A stretch of DNA of 64,000 bases from Desulfobacterales bacterium (GTDB lineage: Bacteria > Desulfobacterota > Desulfobulbia > Desulfobulbales > BM004): the NCBI GenBank assembly GCA_021647905.1, contig JAKITW010000006.1, forward strand, positions 30 through 64,029. Direction: 5' to 3'. The notes under the pieces were generated by a model. The model worked only from the letters and a program-made list of their open reading frames with translations. It did not search any database and had not been told where the DNA came from. Below are positions 11,901-23,605 of the stretch, piece by piece; position 1 is the stretch's first letter, and every line of letters starts with the position of its first letter. A program made the position numbers and the translations under genes.

Positions 11901-13031
11901 AGGGAGCGGGAGCGGTACCCGGTTAACTACGGGGCTCAGTTGCTGGTCAAGGATGGCGATACCGTGGAGCCGGGCACCATCCTTGCCGACTGGGACCCCT
12001 ACACCATTCCGATCATCTGTGAGGTGGGCGGGACCATCAAGTACGGCGATATCATCGAGGGGGTGACCATGCAGGAGCGGGTCGACCCGGTTACCGGCAA
12101 GGCCAGCAAGGTGATCATCCAGTCCCGGACCAGCGCTGACATGAATCCGCGGATTACGATCAAGGACAAGCGCGGCCGGACCCTGAAACTGCCCAACGGC
12201 ACCACCCCGGCCCGGTATTCCCTGCCGGTTGGTTCGATTATCTCGGTGATTGAGGGCGCGGCCGTGGAGCCGGGCTCGATCGTCGGCAAGATTCCGCGGG
12301 AGACCACCAAGACCAAGGATATTACCGGTGGTCTGCCCCGGGTCGCCGAGCTGTTCGAGGTGCGCAAGCCCAAGGAGCATGCGGTGATCTCCGAGATCGA
12401 CGGCCGGGTCTCGTTCGGCAAGGACCTCAAGGGCAAGAAGCGGGTGGTGATCACCCCGGAAGTGGGCGATGCCAAGGAGTACCTGGTGCCCAAGGCCAAG
12501 CATGTCAGCGTGCACGAGGGCGACTATGTCAAGGCCGGCGAACCGCTGATGGACGGATCCCCCATTCCCAACGATATTCTCCGGGTCCTCGGGGTCAAGG
12601 AACTGGCCCGGTTCCTGGTCAACGAGATCCAGGAGGTCTACCGGCTCCAGGGGGTCAAGATCAATGACAAGCATATCGAGGTCATTGTCCGTCAGATGCT
12701 GCGGCGGGTCCGGATTACCGGGGTGGGTGATTCGAGTTTCATGCTCGGCGAACAGGTGGAGTGGTGGCGTTTTGAAGAGGAGAACGAGAAGATGTTCGCT
12801 GCCGGCAAGCAGCCGGCCGTGGCCGAGCCGCTGTTGCTCGGGGTGACCAAGGCCTCCCTGAGCACCGACAGTTTCATCTCGGCGGCCTCGTTCCAGGAGA
12901 CCACCAAGGTGTTGACCAACGCCGCCATGGCCAGCCGGATCGATCATCTGCACGGGCTCAAGGAAAACGTGATCATGGGCCGGCTGATTCCGTCCGGCAC
13001 CGGGCTGCCGCGCTACCGGATCGATGTCTAG
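8973..13031 (+). CDS. rpoC: DNA-directed RNA polymerase subunit beta'
   Basis: 1352 aa, GTG start. Zn-finger [20 protein letters not shown] and the catalytic [12 protein letters not shown] motif. Confidence 0.99.
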   Translation: MEDLFSFFAKAKAPVNFKSVKISLASPGKIRDWSHGEVKKPETINYRTFKPERDGLFCAKIFGPVKDYECNCGKYKRMKHRGVVCEKCGVEVIQSKVRRERLGHIKLAAPVAHIWFLKSLPSKIGSLLDMTLKELERVLYFESYVVVSSEEPSLPPATLLNEDGYRQAVEEFPGKFVAGIGAEAIRELLKGLDLHALSASIREEMRTTTSETKRSRLGKRLIVVEAFRDSGNRPEWMILEVIPVLPPDLRPLVPLEGGRFATSDLNDLYRRVINRNNRLKRLLELDAPDIIIRNEKRMLQEAVDVLFDNGRRGRLITGPNKRPLKSFSDMLKGKQGRFRQNLLGKRVDYSGRSVIVAGPHLRLHQCGIPKKMALELFKPFIYSKLEGLGYVTTIKSARKMVEKATKEVWDVLEEVVTEYPVILNRAPTLHRLGMQAFEAVLIEGKAIQLHPLVCMAFNADFDGDQMAVHVPLSVEAQTEARVLMMSTNNILSPANGSPVIIPTQDVVLGIYYMTRDRMLAKGEGKIFSSPDEARIAYDHGVCELHAKVKVRFNGKLVDTTIGRTLLNDLLPAKVPFSVINKVMNKRELAWLIDYTYRNAGTKETVILADRLKDMGFEYATRAGISVCVNDMIIPVKKEEILAEAENEVLDVERQYTDGLITVGEKYNKVVDVWSKATEEVAKEMMAEMSVEFQRDRDNKRVEVPSFNPIFIMADSGARGSKDQIRQLAGMRGLMAKPSGAIIESPIKANFREGLGVLEYFISTHGARKGLADTALKTANSGYLTRRLVDVAQDSTIVARDCDTLDGIMAEPLMEGGEVIQRVGDRILGRVALEDVIDPFTGEVLVEANQQITEDRVDAIEAAGIDRVLIRSVLTCRAKRGVCAMCYGRDLGRGHMVNTGEAVGIIAAQSIGEPGTQLTMRTFHIGGTASRRVEQAEIRTQHGGVVKLQRIHHVTNSSGRMVVMNRNGEITILGAEGRERERYPVNYGAQLLVKDGDTVEPGTILADWDPYTIPIICEVGGTIKYGDIIEGVTMQERVDPVTGKASKVIIQSRTSADMNPRITIKDKRGRTLKLPNGTTPARYSLPVGSIISVIEGAAVEPGSIVGKIPRETTKTKDITGGLPRVAELFEVRKPKEHAVISEIDGRVSFGKDLKGKKRVVITPEVGDAKEYLVPKAKHVSVHEGDYVKAGEPLMDGSPIPNDILRVLGVKELARFLVNEIQEVYRLQGVKINDKHIEVIVRQMLRRVRITGVGDSSFMLGEQVEWWRFEEENEKMFAAGKQPAVAEPLLLGVTKASLSTDSFISAASFQETTKVLTNAAMASRIDHLHGLKENVIMGRLIPSGTGLPRYRIDV

Positions 13032-13057
13032 AAATGGAATTGCCGCCAAGAATATTC

Positions 13058-13086
13058 TTGACAAGGACAGGTGTTTCGACTAATTA
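13058..13086 (+). promoter_or_regulatory. candidate sigma70 promoter of the str operon
   Basis: TTGACA (13058-13063), 17-nt spacer, TAATTA (13081-13086), about 75 nt upstream of rpsL. Confidence 0.45.
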
Positions 13087-13161
13087 ATTCTCTCTTTGTG
13101 GCAGCAGTGCCGGCAACAGGAATTGACCCATACTGAAGTTAACCGACAGGAGTTTTTATTA

Positions 13162-13533
13162 ATGCCTACTATCAACCAGTTGATCCGGCAGGGACGCAAG
13201 AAGGTGGTCAAACGGACCAACACCCCGGCCTTGAAGGGATCGCCCCAGAAACGCGGGGTGTGCGTCAGGGTCTACACCACCACCCCCAAGAAGCCCAACT
13301 CGGCGCTGCGCAAGGTGGCCAGGGTGCGGCTTACCAACGGGATGGAGGTGACCTCCTATATCCCGGGTATCGGACATAACCTGCAGGAGCACTCGGTGGT
13401 GTTGATCAGGGGCGGCCGGGTCAAGGATCTGCCCGGGGTCCGCTATCATATCATCCGCGGCACCCTGGACGCCCTGGGGGTCTCGGAGCGGCGGCAGGGT
13501 CGTTCCAAGTACGGCGCCAAGCGGCCCAAGTAG
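13162..13533 (+). CDS. rpsL: 30S ribosomal protein S12
   Basis: ORF 13096..13533. ATG13162 gives the canonical [15 protein letters not shown]-terminus and includes the [10 protein letters not shown] motif. Confidence 0.97.
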   Translation: MPTINQLIRQGRKKVVKRTNTPALKGSPQKRGVCVRVYTTTPKKPNSALRKVARVRLTNGMEVTSYIPGIGHNLQEHSVVLIRGGRVKDLPGVRYHIIRGTLDALGVSERRQGRSKYGAKRPK

Positions 13534-13640
13534 GCATTCATGCGGGTTTGTTCCGTTGCCGTCGGCCCGGCCCGATGAAGTTATAACAACCGGAAACAGC
13601 CACGGAAGGAAGTCAACAACTTACAATGTGATACACGTTG

Positions 13641-13692
13641 GTCTCGGATCTTGTTGCGAGGCCGGCCATGTGGTCCAGCCATGCTGGTTCAG
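13641..13692 (-). repeat. Truncated, degenerate copy D of the intergenic repeat (P1 plus a P2-like GGCCGGCC)
   Basis: The reverse complement reads gAACCAGCATGGCTGGACCAcatGGCCGGCCtcgCAACAAgATCc. The 19-nt P1 core at 13671-13689 is identical to copies A and B. Confidence 0.65.
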
Positions 13693-13710
13693 TGAGGAGG
13701 TTTGAGATAG

Positions 13711-14184
13711 ATGCCAAGGCGGAAAGTAGTTGAAAAACGGCCGAGTGTTCCTGATCCCCGTTATAACAGCGTGCTGGTGACCAAGTTCACCAACGGGATC
13801 ATGGAGCGGGGCAAGAAGAGCGTGGCCCAGAATATTTTCTACGGCGCCATGGATATTCTGGCCGAGCGGGTGACCGACCAGGAGCCGATGGCTGTTTTCG
13901 ACAAGGCCATGGAGCGGGTCCGGCCCAAGGTGGAGGTCAAGTCCCGCCGGGTCGGCGGCGCCACCTACCAGGTGCCCATCGAGGTCCGGCCGGAACGGCG
14001 CAATGCCCTGGCGATTCGCTGGATCATCGGTTTTGCCAAGAATCGCTCCGGCCGGTCGATGTCGGCCAAGCTGGCCGCGGAACTGCTGGACGCCTATAAT
14101 AACCGGGGCGGCTCGGTAAAGAAACGTGAGGATACGCACCGGATGGCCGAGGCCAACAAGGCCTTTGCCCATTACCGCTGGTAA
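13711..14184 (+). CDS. rpsG: 30S ribosomal protein S7
   Basis: 157 aa. [10 protein letters not shown]...PDPRYNS...[16 protein letters not shown]. Confidence 0.97.
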   Translation: MPRRKVVEKRPSVPDPRYNSVLVTKFTNGIMERGKKSVAQNIFYGAMDILAERVTDQEPMAVFDKAMERVRPKVEVKSRRVGGATYQVPIEVRPERRNALAIRWIIGFAKNRSGRSMSAKLAAELLDAYNNRGGSVKKREDTHRMAEANKAFAHYRW

Positions 14185-14220
14185 TACTTTTTCAAAGGTG
14201 CCGGGTTCGTTTTTCTTTGG

Positions 14221-14249
14221 TTGACAAACCGATCCGGGCAGGGTAAACA
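14221..14249 (+). promoter_or_regulatory. candidate internal promoter ahead of fusA
   Basis: TTGACA (14221-14226), 17-nt spacer, TAAACA (14244-14249), inside the 166-nt rpsG-fusA spacer. Confidence 0.3.
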
Positions 14250-14350
14250 GTGCCCTTCTTTTCCAAGGGGTGGTCCCGGAGCGGGCGAAGATCACAGGAT
14301 GCTGGAGCGGATTCAGACAAACCGAATACATTTGCTTAAGGAACAGATCC

Positions 14351-16429
14351 GTGGCCGCCAATGCTCCACTTGCCAAGGTACGCAATATAGGCATAATGGC
14401 CCATATCGATGCCGGCAAGACGACCACCACCGAGAGGATACTGTTCTATACCGGCCGTTCCCATAAGTTGGGCGAGGTCCATGACGGCACGGCGGTCATG
14501 GACTGGATGGAGCAGGAGCAGGAGCGGGGGATCACCATCACCTCCGCCGCCACCACCTGCTTCTGGCGCGACCATAAGATTAATATAATCGACACCCCGG
14601 GGCATGTTGATTTCACCGTTGAGGTGGAACGCTGTCTCCGGGTTCTGGACGGCGCGGTTGCCGTCTTTTGTGCGGTTGGCGGGGTTGAGCCCCAGTCCGA
14701 GACCGTCTGGCGACAGGCTGATCATTATCGCATCCCGCGGCTGGCCTTTGTCAATAAAATGGACCGCATCGGCGCTGATTACCAGCGCTGTATCGAGATG
14801 ATGCGGGACCGGCTCGGCGCCAACCCCTTGCCCGTACAGATACCGGTGGGCAGGGAAAGCGATTTCCAGGGTGTTATCGATCTCATCAACGAGAAGTTGC
14901 TGCTCTTTGATGAGTCCACCCAGGGTTTGAAGGTGACGGAACACGAGATTCCGGACGAGTTCAAGGAAGAATCTGCGGCCGCCCGTATGACGCTCCTCGA
15001 GAAGTTGGCCGACTTCGATGAGGGGGTCATGGAAAAATATCTGGAAGAACAACCAGTCGCTCCCGCCGAGTTGGTCGAGGCGGTGCGGAATGCGACCCTC
15101 GGGCTACATGTGGTTCCGGTACTTTGCGGCAGCGCTTTTAAGAATAAGGGCGTACAGCCGCTCCTGGACGCGGTGATCGCCTATCTGCCGTCGCCGCTTG
15201 ATGTCCCCCCGGTCGAGGGGATCAACGCCAGGGGCGGGGTGGAGACGCGCCGGACCAGTGACACCGAGAAGTTATGCGCCCTGGCCTTTAAGTTGATGAC
15301 CGACCCGTTTGTCGGCAACCTGGCCTTTGTCCGGATTTATTCCGGGGTACTCAAGGTTGGCGGCAAGGTTTACAACACCGCCAAGGAGAAGCAGGAAAAG
15401 ATCGGCCGGATCGTCAAGCTGCACGCCAACAAACGGGAAGAGGCGGCCGAGGTCCGGGCCGGCGACATCGCCGCACTGGTCGGACTCAAGTTTACCACCA
15501 CCGGCGATACCCTGACCGAACCGGGTGATACGCTGCACCTCGAGACCATCGAGTTTCCCGATCCGGTGATTGGTATTGCCATCGAGCCGAAGAGCAAGGC
15601 CGACGAGGAGCGGCTCCGGGAGAGCCTGGACAAGATTGCCAGGGAAGATCCCTCGTTCCTGGTAAGGGTGGACGAGGATACCGGCCAGACGATCATCTCG
15701 GGGATGGGCGAACTCCACCTGGAGATCATTGTCGACCGGCTGGTGCGGGAGTTCAAGGTGTCCGCCAATATCGGCAAGCCCCAGGTGGCCTACAAGGAAA
15801 CGATCACCGCCACGGCCCGGGGCGAGGGTCTCTTTGACCACCATGTCGCCGGCAGGAATCAGTACGGCCGGGTGGTGCTGGAGGTTGAGCCGCTTGAGCG
15901 GGGCCGGGGGTTTGTGTTTGAAAACCGGGTGGCCGAGGAGATGGTTCCCGGCCGATTTATCAATGCCGTTAAAAATGGCGTTGAGGGGGGGCTGGATTCC
16001 GGCGCCCTGATCGGTTTCCCCCTGGTCGATATCAAGGTGAGCCTGGTGGGCGGTTCCTGTCACGACGACGAATCCACTGAGATGGCCTTTGGGGTGGCCG
16101 CCACCATGGCCCTGCGCCAGGCGGCTGCCGGGGCCGCTCCGGTCCTGCTCGAGCCGATAATGGACCTGGAGATCCTTGTCCCGGAGGAGTACATGGGCGA
16201 GGTGATGAACGACCTGCACGGCAAGCGGGCCAAGGTGCTGGGAGTGGACAGCCGGCAGGCCTACCAGGTGATAACGGCCCATGCCCCGCTGTCGGAAATG
16301 TTCGGGTATTCGACTGATCTCCGGTCGGCGACCCAGGGCCGGGCGACCTTTACCATGCAGTTTGTTGTCTACGATATAGTCCCCGCGGCCAAGGCCGGGG
16401 CAATCATACATCGAATCAGAGGGTATTGA
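14351..16429 (+). CDS. fusA: elongation factor G
   Basis: ORF 14270..16429. The upstream 27 codons are non-homologous. GTG14351 gives [31 protein letters not shown], a canonical EF-G N-terminus and G1 motif. Confidence 0.95.
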   Translation: MAANAPLAKVRNIGIMAHIDAGKTTTTERILFYTGRSHKLGEVHDGTAVMDWMEQEQERGITITSAATTCFWRDHKINIIDTPGHVDFTVEVERCLRVLDGAVAVFCAVGGVEPQSETVWRQADHYRIPRLAFVNKMDRIGADYQRCIEMMRDRLGANPLPVQIPVGRESDFQGVIDLINEKLLLFDESTQGLKVTEHEIPDEFKEESAAARMTLLEKLADFDEGVMEKYLEEQPVAPAELVEAVRNATLGLHVVPVLCGSAFKNKGVQPLLDAVIAYLPSPLDVPPVEGINARGGVETRRTSDTEKLCALAFKLMTDPFVGNLAFVRIYSGVLKVGGKVYNTAKEKQEKIGRIVKLHANKREEAAEVRAGDIAALVGLKFTTTGDTLTEPGDTLHLETIEFPDPVIGIAIEPKSKADEERLRESLDKIAREDPSFLVRVDEDTGQTIISGMGELHLEIIVDRLVREFKVSANIGKPQVAYKETITATARGEGLFDHHVAGRNQYGRVVLEVEPLERGRGFVFENRVAEEMVPGRFINAVKNGVEGGLDSGALIGFPLVDIKVSLVGGSCHDDESTEMAFGVAATMALRQAAAGAAPVLLEPIMDLEILVPEEYMGEVMNDLHGKRAKVLGVDSRQAYQVITAHAPLSEMFGYSTDLRSATQGRATFTMQFVVYDIVPAAKAGAIIHRIRGY

Positions 16430-16476
16430 TTGAAGTATAACCAACCCTGATCATAAGAACATAGTGAGGATGAAAG

Positions 16477-17667
16477 ATGGCAAAGGAAAAATTCGAGCGG
16501 ACGAAACCGCATGTAAACGTAGGCACGATCGGCCACATCGACCATGGCAAGACCACGTTGACCGCGGCGATCACCCGGGTGCTGGCGACCAAGGGTCAGG
16601 CAAGCTTTGTTGATTTCAGCGAGATCGACAAGGCGCCGGAAGAGAAGGAGCGGGGAATCACCATTGCCACGGCCCATGTGGAGTATGAGACTGATAAGCG
16701 TCATTACGCCCATGTGGACTGCCCTGGTCATGCCGACTATATCAAGAACATGATCACCGGCGCGGCGCAGATGGATGGGGCGATCCTGGTTGTGGGGGCG
16801 GACGACGGTCCGATGCCGCAGACCCGGGAGCATATCCTGCTTGCCCGCCAGGTGGGGGTGCCGGCGATCGTGGTATTTCTGAACAAGACCGACATGGTGG
16901 ATGATCCGGAGCTGATCGAGCTGGTGGACATGGAGCTGCGCGAGCTGCTCGACAAGTACGAGTTTCCTGGCGACGACACCCCGATCATCCCGGGCAGCGC
17001 ATTAAAGGCCCTGGAGAATCCAGAGGACGAGTCCGCCACCAAGTGCATCTGGGAATTGATGGATGCGGTTGACACCTTTATTCCGGAGCCCAAGCGGGAC
17101 ATAGACAAGCCGTTTCTGATGCCGGTGGAGGACGTGTTTTCGATTTCCGGCCGCGGCACGGTGGCCACCGGGCGGGTTGAGCGGGGGGTGATCAAGGTGG
17201 GCGAGGAGGTTGAGATCGTCGGTATCCGGGAGACCCGCAAGACCACGGTGACCGGTGTGGAGATGTTCCGCAAGCTTCTGGACGAGGGCCGGGCCGGAGA
17301 CAACATCGGCGCGCTTCTGCGCGGGATCAAGCGGGAGGAGATCGAGCGCGGCCAGGTATTGGCCAAGCCGGGGAGTATCACCCCGCATACCAAGTTCAAG
17401 GCCGAGTGCTACATCCTGAACAAGGAAGAGGGCGGCCGTCACACCCCGTTTTTCAACGGCTACCGTCCCCAGTTTTATTTCCGGACCACGGACGTGACCG
17501 GAATAGTGACCCTTCCCGAGGGAGTGGAGATGGTAATGCCGGGTGACAACGTGTCCATTGAGGGGACGCTGATCACCCCGATTGCAATGGAAAAGGAATT
17601 GCGTTTTGCGATCCGCGAGGGCGGCCGGACGGTCGGCGCCGGCGTAATCAGTGAAATTATTGAATAG
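16477..17667 (+). CDS. tuf: elongation factor Tu
   Basis: 396 aa. [40 protein letters not shown]. Confidence 0.99.
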   Translation: MAKEKFERTKPHVNVGTIGHIDHGKTTLTAAITRVLATKGQASFVDFSEIDKAPEEKERGITIATAHVEYETDKRHYAHVDCPGHADYIKNMITGAAQMDGAILVVGADDGPMPQTREHILLARQVGVPAIVVFLNKTDMVDDPELIELVDMELRELLDKYEFPGDDTPIIPGSALKALENPEDESATKCIWELMDAVDTFIPEPKRDIDKPFLMPVEDVFSISGRGTVATGRVERGVIKVGEEVEIVGIRETRKTTVTGVEMFRKLLDEGRAGDNIGALLRGIKREEIERGQVLAKPGSITPHTKFKAECYILNKEEGGRHTPFFNGYRPQFYFRTTDVTGIVTLPEGVEMVMPGDNVSIEGTLITPIAMEKELRFAIREGGRTVGAGVISEIIE

Positions 17668-17680
17668 GTAGATAGATATC

Positions 17681-17995
17681 ATGGTTACCACTGACAAGAT
17701 TCGCATCAAGATGAAGGCCTATGATCATAAATTGCTGGATCTGTCCACCAAGGAGATCGTAGAGACGGCGAAACGTACCGGCGCCACGGTTGCCGGTCCG
17801 ATTCCCTTGCCGACCGTTATCAATAAATACTGCGTCCTCCGGTCGCCCCATGTTGATAAAAAGTCGCGCGAGCAGTTCGAGATGCGGACCCACCGGCGGC
17901 TGCTCGATATCCTTGAGCCGACCCAGCAGACCATTGACTCGCTGATGAAGCTTGAATTGTCCGCCGGGGTGGACGTGGAAATCAAATTGCCGTAG
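17681..17995 (+). CDS. rpsJ: 30S ribosomal protein S10
   Basis: 104 aa. [14 protein letters not shown]...[19 protein letters not shown]. Confidence 0.97.
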   Translation: MVTTDKIRIKMKAYDHKLLDLSTKEIVETAKRTGATVAGPIPLPTVINKYCVLRSPHVDKKSREQFEMRTHRRLLDILEPTQQTIDSLMKLELSAGVDVEIKLP

Positions 17996-18087
17996 GGTGG
18001 CGCGGCCGCGGCGCCGGACCGGCGCGTTGACCGCGGACCATGTTTAACGCGGCAAGAGTGGATTAAAAAAAACAACGGGTGGCACAT

Positions 18088-18717
18088 ATGCCGAACACAA
18101 AAGGAATATTGGGGAAGAAACTGGGGATGACCCGGGTGTACTCCGAGGAGGGTCGCTCGATCCCGGTGACGGTGGTCGAGGCCGGTCCCTGTGTCGTTCT
18201 CCAGAAAAAGACCCAGGACAAGGATGGGTATAATGCCATCCAGCTTGGCTTTCAGTCCAAGAAGGATGCGCGGCTGACCAGGCCCGCGGCCGGCCATTGC
18301 AAGGCCGCCGGCAAGGGCGGTTTTTATCATATCAAGGAATTCAAGGTTGTTGATCCCGAGAACTACGAGGTCGGCCAGGAGATCATGCTGGCCGATGTTT
18401 TCAAGGTCGGTGAGCTGGTGGATGTCAGCGCGGTGGCCAAGGGGCGTGGATTCCAGGGGGTGATCAAGCGTCATGGATTCAAGGGCGGCGGGGCCACCCA
18501 TGGTTCCATGTTTCATCGCCGGCCCGGGTCCATCGGCTGCAGTGCCTGGCCGAGCCGGGTTGTCAAGGGCAAGAAGATGCCCGGCCACATGGGCGTCAAT
18601 CTGGTGACCAAGAAGAATTTGACCATTATTGATATCCGGCCGGAAGATAATGTTCTGCTGCTCAAGGGGGCTGTGCCCGGGGCAAAGCAAGGCGTACTGC
18701 GGATCTACTCCAAGTAG
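18088..18717 (+). CDS. rplC: 50S ribosomal protein L3
   Basis: ORF 18079..18717. ATG18088 preferred ([18 protein letters not shown]). GHMG motif present. Confidence 0.95.
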   Translation: MPNTKGILGKKLGMTRVYSEEGRSIPVTVVEAGPCVVLQKKTQDKDGYNAIQLGFQSKKDARLTRPAAGHCKAAGKGGFYHIKEFKVVDPENYEVGQEIMLADVFKVGELVDVSAVAKGRGFQGVIKRHGFKGGGATHGSMFHRRPGSIGCSAWPSRVVKGKKMPGHMGVNLVTKKNLTIIDIRPEDNVLLLKGAVPGAKQGVLRIYSK

Positions 18718-18765
18718 ATCCGGGCTTAAGTGTCGTAAGGGTGCAACCTGAGGAGATCTTGAAAA

Positions 18766-19389
18766 ATGGCAGTTACATCGGTTTATAACATCGACAACGA
18801 CAAGGTCGGTGAAATTGAATTGAACGATTCCCTGTTCATGGTACCGGTAAAGAACCACATCCTGCACGAGGTGGTGCGGATGCAGCGGGCCAACCGGAGG
18901 GCCGGGACGGCCAGCACCAAGACCAGGGCCGAGGTCCGGGGCGGCGGGGCCAAGCCCTGGCGCCAGAAAGGCACCGGCCGGGCCCGGGCCGGCACCCGCA
19001 ACTCCCCGTTGTGGCGCGGCGGCGGCGCCGTGTTCGGGCCCAAGCCCCGTGATTACAGCTACCGGCCTCCCAAGAAGGTGCGGCGGCTCGGTCTCAGGAT
19101 GGCCTTGAGCGCCAGATTCTCCGAGGAGAATCTGCTGGTGCTGGATGATTTTCAACTGGACGGGATCAAGACCAAGGGGTTTGTCAAGGTGATGGAGACC
19201 CTGAACATCTCCAACGGCCTGATTGTTATTCCCGGGAGCAATGAGAACCTGGAGAAGTCGTCGCGAAACGTGTACGGATTCAAGGTCATTCCGGTGGCTG
19301 GCTTGAATGTCTATGACATTCTCCATCATCACCGGCTGGTGCTGCTGAAGCCCAGTATTGATCAACTGGAAGAGAGGTTGTTGTCATGA
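18766..19389 (+). CDS. rplD: 50S ribosomal protein L4
   Basis: 207 aa. [25 protein letters not shown] is the L4 signature. Confidence 0.97.
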   Translation: MAVTSVYNIDNDKVGEIELNDSLFMVPVKNHILHEVVRMQRANRRAGTASTKTRAEVRGGGAKPWRQKGTGRARAGTRNSPLWRGGGAVFGPKPRDYSYRPPKKVRRLGLRMALSARFSEENLLVLDDFQLDGIKTKGFVKVMETLNISNGLIVIPGSNENLEKSSRNVYGFKVIPVAGLNVYDILHHHRLVLLKPSIDQLEERLLS

Positions 19390-19673
19390 GTCATTTGTTC
19401 GGTGTTCTCAAGGGACCGTGTCTTACCGAAAAGAGCGATCAGCTCCTGGAAGGCCCGGGACAGGTGGTGTTCAAGGTCAGCCCTTCCGCAAACAAGATCG
19501 AGATCAAGCAGGCGGTGGAGCGGAACTTCAATGTCAAGGTCGCCGGGGTGAGAACCGCCAGGGTCCGGGGCAAGAAGAAACGGGTCGGCCGCTACTCCGG
19601 GGTTACCGCGGAATGGAAAAAGGCCTTTGTCACCTTGGCGGAAGGCGAAATCAATTTCCTGGAAGACCTGTAA
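19386..19673 (+). CDS. rplW: 50S ribosomal protein L23
   Basis: 95 aa. ATGA overlap with the rplD stop. LKGPCLTEKS...FKVSPSANKIEIKQAVE. Confidence 0.95.
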   Translation: MSHLFGVLKGPCLTEKSDQLLEGPGQVVFKVSPSANKIEIKQAVERNFNVKVAGVRTARVRGKKKRVGRYSGVTAEWKKAFVTLAEGEINFLEDL

Positions 19674-19767
19674 GCGGAACGGCCCGGACCACCCTGTCGT
19701 GCATCCGGGGCAACGACTCCACAGGTAGAATCAACATATCAGCGCTTGAATAGAATCGGGGTTGCAA

Positions 19768-20592
19768 ATGGCTATTAAGACCTATAATCCGACATCACCC
19801 GGTAAAAGAAACCACGTGTCAACGGTTTCACCGGAGTTGTCCAAGAAAAAACCGGAAAAGAGCCTGACTGCGTCGCTCAGCAAGAGCGGCGGCAGAAACA
19901 ACTACGGCCGGATAACCGCGCGCCACATCGGCGGCGGCCACAAACGGAAATACCGGATTATCGACTTCAAGCGGAACAAGGTCGGTATTCCGGCCCGGGT
20001 GGCCGCCATTGAGTACGATCCGAACCGGTCGGCCAATATCGCCCTGCTCCATTATGCCGACGGTGAAAAGAGCTATATCCTCTCTCCGGCCGGGATCAAG
20101 GTCGGCGATGCGGTGGAGGCCGGCGAAGGCGTGGATATCAAGGCCGGCAACTGCCTGGCAATGGGTGATATTCCCCTGGGCACCATCATTCACAACCTGG
20201 AGATGAAGATCGGCAAGGGCGGTCAACTGGTGCGCAGCGCCGGCGTATCCGCTCAGCTGATGGCCAAGGAGGGCGATTACGTCCTGGTCAAGCTGCCCTC
20301 GGGCGAGGTGCGGCGGTTCCACAAGAAGTGCCGGGCCTGTATCGGCCAGATCGGCAATTCCGAGCATGACAGCCGCAAGCTCGGCAAGGCCGGCCGGAAA
20401 CGGTGGCTGGGCAAGCGGCCCCATGTTCGCGGGGTGGCAATGAACCCGGTTGACCATCCCATGGGCGGCGGCGAAGGCAAGAGTTCCGGCGGCCGTCATC
20501 CCTGCACGCCGTGGGGGGTGCCCACCAAGGGTTATAAGACCCGGCGGGGCAAAAAGACTTCCGACAGGGATATCGTAAGAAGAAGATCATAA
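19768..20592 (+). CDS. rplB: 50S ribosomal protein L2
   Basis: ORF 19762..20592. ATG19768 gives [14 protein letters not shown]. The C-terminal half contains the L2-typical [18 protein letters not shown]. Confidence 0.97.
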   Translation: MAIKTYNPTSPGKRNHVSTVSPELSKKKPEKSLTASLSKSGGRNNYGRITARHIGGGHKRKYRIIDFKRNKVGIPARVAAIEYDPNRSANIALLHYADGEKSYILSPAGIKVGDAVEAGEGVDIKAGNCLAMGDIPLGTIIHNLEMKIGKGGQLVRSAGVSAQLMAKEGDYVLVKLPSGEVRRFHKKCRACIGQIGNSEHDSRKLGKAGRKRWLGKRPHVRGVAMNPVDHPMGGGEGKSSGGRHPCTPWGVPTKGYKTRRGKKTSDRDIVRRRS

Positions 20593-20607
20593 TCTGGGGG
20601 TAGGAAA

Positions 20608-20883
20608 GTGTCGCGTTCTGTAAAGAAAGGGCCGTTTATTGATGAGCATCTGTTGAAAAAGGTGGTCAAGGCTAAGGAAAACAATTCCCGCAAGGTGATC
20701 AAAACCTGGTCGCGGCGGTCTGATATCACTCCCGACATGATCGGGATGACCTTTGCCGTGCATAACGGTAGGAGATTCATCCCGGTGTTTGTGACCGATA
20801 ACATGGTGGGCCACAAACTTGGCGAGTTCTCCCCGACCCGGACCTATTACGGTCATGCCGGGGACAAAAGAGGCAAGAAATAA
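20608..20883 (+). CDS. rpsS: 30S ribosomal protein S19
   Basis: 91 aa, GTG start. [17 protein letters not shown]...[13 protein letters not shown]. Confidence 0.97.
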   Translation: MSRSVKKGPFIDEHLLKKVVKAKENNSRKVIKTWSRRSDITPDMIGMTFAVHNGRRFIPVFVTDNMVGHKLGEFSPTRTYYGHAGDKRGKK

Positions 20884-20932
20884 CAAGGTAGTCTCCGTGC
20901 GGAAATACTGTAACAATAAGGAGTAGGACGCC

Positions 20933-21265
20933 ATGCAAGCAAAGGCGGTTGCCCGATATATCCGGATCTCTCCCCAGAAGGCTCGGCTGATTGCCGACGT
21001 TGTCCGGGGCCAGGAGGTCGAGAAGGCCATTAACACCTTACGGTTCATGCCCAAGAAGGGCGCGGAAATTCTGCGCAAGGTCATTGAGTCGGCCCTGGCC
21101 AATGCCGGTCAGAACGCTGCCATCGACGTGGACACCCTGTATGTCAAGTCGGTGTATGTCGACGGCGGTCCCACCTTGAAACGGATCAGGCCGCGGGCAA
21201 TGGGCCGGGCCAACCGTATCCTGAAGCGGACCAGCCATATAACCGTTGTCCTTGATGAACAGTAA
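20933..21265 (+). CDS. rplV: 50S ribosomal protein L22
   Basis: 110 aa. [20 protein letters not shown]...[22 protein letters not shown]. Confidence 0.97.
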   Translation: MQAKAVARYIRISPQKARLIADVVRGQEVEKAINTLRFMPKKGAEILRKVIESALANAGQNAAIDVDTLYVKSVYVDGGPTLKRIRPRAMGRANRILKRTSHITVVLDEQ

Positions 21266-21321
21266 GCAGATTTAATTAAGAGAGATACTCTGTAGAAAAC
21301 TCTATATTACGGAGGGAGATT

Positions 21322-21975
21322 TTGGGCCAGAAAGTCAATCCAATCGGCATGCGGCTGAATATTACGCGGACCTGGGAGTCCATCTGGTTTGCGGGCAAGG
21401 ATTATGCCAAGTTCCTTTTGGAAGATCAGCAGATCAAGAAGTATCTCAAGAAGCGGCTGTATCACGCCGGTGTTTCCCGGATCAATATCGAGCGCACCGG
21501 GGAGAAGTTGCGGGTCAAGCTGCACACCGCCCGGCCGGGGATCGTTATCGGCAAGAAGGGCGCTGAGATCGAGGCCCTGAAGGTTGAGCTGGACCGCTTG
21601 ACCGGCCGGCACTGTATTCTCGATATCCAGGAAGTGCGCCGGCCCGAGGCCGATGCCCAACTGGTTGCCGAGAACGTGGCCCAGCAGCTGGAGCGCAGGA
21701 TCGCCTTCCGCCGGGCGATGAAAAAAGCAGTGAACACCGCCTTGCGCTTCGGCGTCAAAGGAATTAAGATAAACTGTTCCGGTCGCCTCGGCGGCGCGGA
21801 AATGGGCCGGCGCGAATGGTATCGCGAGGGCCGGGTGCCGCTCCATACCCTGCGGGCCGATATCGACTACGGGCTGGCCGAGGCCAAGACCACCTACGGG
21901 ATCATCGGCGTCAAGGTCTGGATCTTCAAGGGCGAGGTGTTGAGCGATGCCGAGAAACGTGTTGACGCGCGGTGA
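21322..21975 (+). CDS. rpsC: 30S ribosomal protein S3
   Basis: 217 aa. TTG start after [21 protein letters not shown] domain, [10 protein letters not shown]. Confidence 0.97.
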   Translation: MGQKVNPIGMRLNITRTWESIWFAGKDYAKFLLEDQQIKKYLKKRLYHAGVSRINIERTGEKLRVKLHTARPGIVIGKKGAEIEALKVELDRLTGRHCILDIQEVRRPEADAQLVAENVAQQLERRIAFRRAMKKAVNTALRFGVKGIKINCSGRLGGAEMGRREWYREGRVPLHTLRADIDYGLAEAKTTYGIIGVKVWIFKGEVLSDAEKRVDAR

Positions 21976-22042
21976 TGAGAAGCGGTGAATTCAGGCTTTT
22001 TGCGAGTTCATCATCAAGCCGGTTAAAGAATGAGGGTGTTTT

Positions 22043-22459
22043 ATGCTCAGTCCTAAAAAAGTCAAACATAGAAAACAGATGAAGGGCCGGATGCGCGGCG
22101 CCGCCTATCGGGGCTCCACCATCAGCTTTGGCGACTATGCCCTCAAGGCCGTTGAGTGCGGTTATATGACCGCCCAGCAGATCGAGGCGGCCCGGATCGC
22201 CATCAACAGAAAGGTAAAGCGCGGCGGCCAGATGTGGATCCGGGTTTTTCCGGACAAACCGCTGACCAAGAAGCCGGCGGAAACACGGATGGGCAAGGGC
22301 AAGGGCAGTCCGGAATCATGGGTGGCGCCGGTCAAGCCGGGGCGGATACTCTATGAACTTGCCGGGGTTGAAGAGGATCTGGCAATCCGTGCCTTGAGCC
22401 TGGCGGCAGCCAAACTGCCCTTTGCAACCAAGGTGATTACGAGGAGTACCAGTCTATGA
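22043..22459 (+). CDS. rplP: 50S ribosomal protein L16
   Basis: 138 aa. [19 protein letters not shown]...[12 protein letters not shown]. Confidence 0.97.
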   Translation: MLSPKKVKHRKQMKGRMRGAAYRGSTISFGDYALKAVECGYMTAQQIEAARIAINRKVKRGGQMWIRVFPDKPLTKKPAETRMGKGKGSPESWVAPVKPGRILYELAGVEEDLAIRALSLAAAKLPFATKVITRSTSL

Positions 22460-22659
22460 AGTCCAAAGAGTTACGCCGGAAGGTGCGGGAAATGAGTGCC
22501 GAGGAGTTGGCGGCCAAGGAACACGACCTGCGCGAGAATCTCTTTAAGCTGAGTTTTCAGCACGGGATCCATCGGCTGGAGAATACCGCTACCCTTCGGA
22601 ACCTCCGCCGTGATATCGCCCGGGTCCTGACCGCAAAAAACGCCGGGCAGGGGCGGTAA
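22456..22659 (+). CDS. rpmC: 50S ribosomal protein L29
   Basis: 67 aa. Overlaps the rplP stop (ATGA). ELR...[11 protein letters not shown] pattern. Confidence 0.93.
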   Translation: MKSKELRRKVREMSAEELAAKEHDLRENLFKLSFQHGIHRLENTATLRNLRRDIARVLTAKNAGQGR

Positions 22660-22742
22660 GTCGCCCAATCGCGCGCCGGGCGCCCCGGGTTCCGGCGGGC
22701 TTCAGGCGTGGCATGGAATAACAAAGTGGGAACACTGAGATT

Positions 22743-23003
22743 ATGGAAGCAAAAAAGACGATAAAGAAGACACGAACCGGTTCAGTGGTCAGTAACAAGA
22801 TGGCCAAAAGCGTGGTGGTGCAGGTTGACCGGCTGGTTCGCGATAAGTTTTACGGCAAGTTTATCAAGCGCCGGGTCAAATACATGGCCCATGATCCCGA
22901 GGGTACCTGCAACATCGGCGATCGGGTGCTGATCGAGGAATGCCGTCCGTTGAGTAAACGGAAACGGTGGCGGGTCCGGTCGGTTATCGAGCAGGCCGTT
23001 TAG
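22743..23003 (+). CDS. rpsQ: 30S ribosomal protein S17
   Basis: 86 aa. RTGSVVSNKMAKSVVVQVDRLVRDKFYGKFIKRRVKYMAHD. Confidence 0.96.
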   Translation: MEAKKTIKKTRTGSVVSNKMAKSVVVQVDRLVRDKFYGKFIKRRVKYMAHDPEGTCNIGDRVLIEECRPLSKRKRWRVRSVIEQAV

Positions 23004-23021
23004 ATACCTTTATATGAACGT

Positions 23022-23110
23022 CGTGGCGGACGAAGCCCGCTGTCCGGAGAGATTTTCATTGTTGGTCGGGGCCGCGGCCTTCCGGCGGACTCCGGCGTGC
23101 TGATCCGGGA
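23022..23110 (-). repeat. Copy C (inverted orientation) of the intergenic repeat
   Basis: The reverse complement of 23022-23079 reads GGCCGCGGCCccgaCCAACAATGAAAATCTCtCCGGACAGCGgGCTTCGTCCGcCACG, about 50/56 matches to copy A. The P1 region (23080-23110) is diverged. Confidence 0.75.
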
Positions 23111-23182
23111 CTTACAAAAAATGGTATTTGCCGTCGGGCCCGGCCTCGCGGTCATTTTAATTTACTGAATGTTGGTGGTGAT

Positions 23183-23551
23183 ATGATACAGACCGAAACA
23201 GTACTCGACGTGGCAGACAACTCCGGCGCCAAAAAGGTCCTCTGTATCCGGGTCCTGGGCGGTACCCGGCGGCGTTATGCCCGGGTCGGCGATATTATTG
23301 TGGTTACGGTAAAAGAGGCCATCCCCCATGCCAAGGTCAAGAAGGGTGACGTGATGCGGGCGGTGGTGGTGCGAACCGCCAAGGAGATCAGGCGGATGGA
23401 TGACACCTCGGTACGGTTTGACGGCAACAGCGCGGTATTGCTTTCCGCTTCGGGCGAGCCGGTGGGCACCCGTATATTCGGCCCGGTGGCCCGGGAGTTG
23501 CGGGTAAAGGGGTTTATGAAAATTATCTCCCTCGCCCCTGAGGTGGTGTAA
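23183..23551 (+). CDS. rplN: 50S ribosomal protein L14
   Basis: 122 aa. [27 protein letters not shown]. Confidence 0.98.
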   Translation: MIQTETVLDVADNSGAKKVLCIRVLGGTRRRYARVGDIIVVTVKEAIPHAKVKKGDVMRAVVVRTAKEIRRMDDTSVRFDGNSAVLLSASGEPVGTRIFGPVARELRVKGFMKIISLAPEVV

Positions 23552-23605
23552 CGGAACAGGCCTGACCGAGGAACGGTCAAGGGGTTATTGCGGGAGGCAG
23601 CAAGG

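Noticed and set aside
8955-13064. 1369-aa ORF on the minus strand covering the whole of rpoC
   Set aside because: It is antisense to an unmistakable rpoC. The translation is low-complexity (G, P, R, H, D and L rich) with no recognisable motif. Long stop-free antisense frames are expected in high-GC coding DNA.
14270-14350. N-terminal 27-codon extension of fusA from the ORF-track start
   Set aside because: The extension ([27 protein letters not shown]) has no EF-G homology. GTG14351 restores the canonical distance to the G1 motif.
17725-19365. 546-aa minus-strand ORF opposite rpsJ, rplC and rplD; similar ones at 40821-42086 and 42117-43361
   Set aside because: Antisense to well-supported genes, with no motifs.
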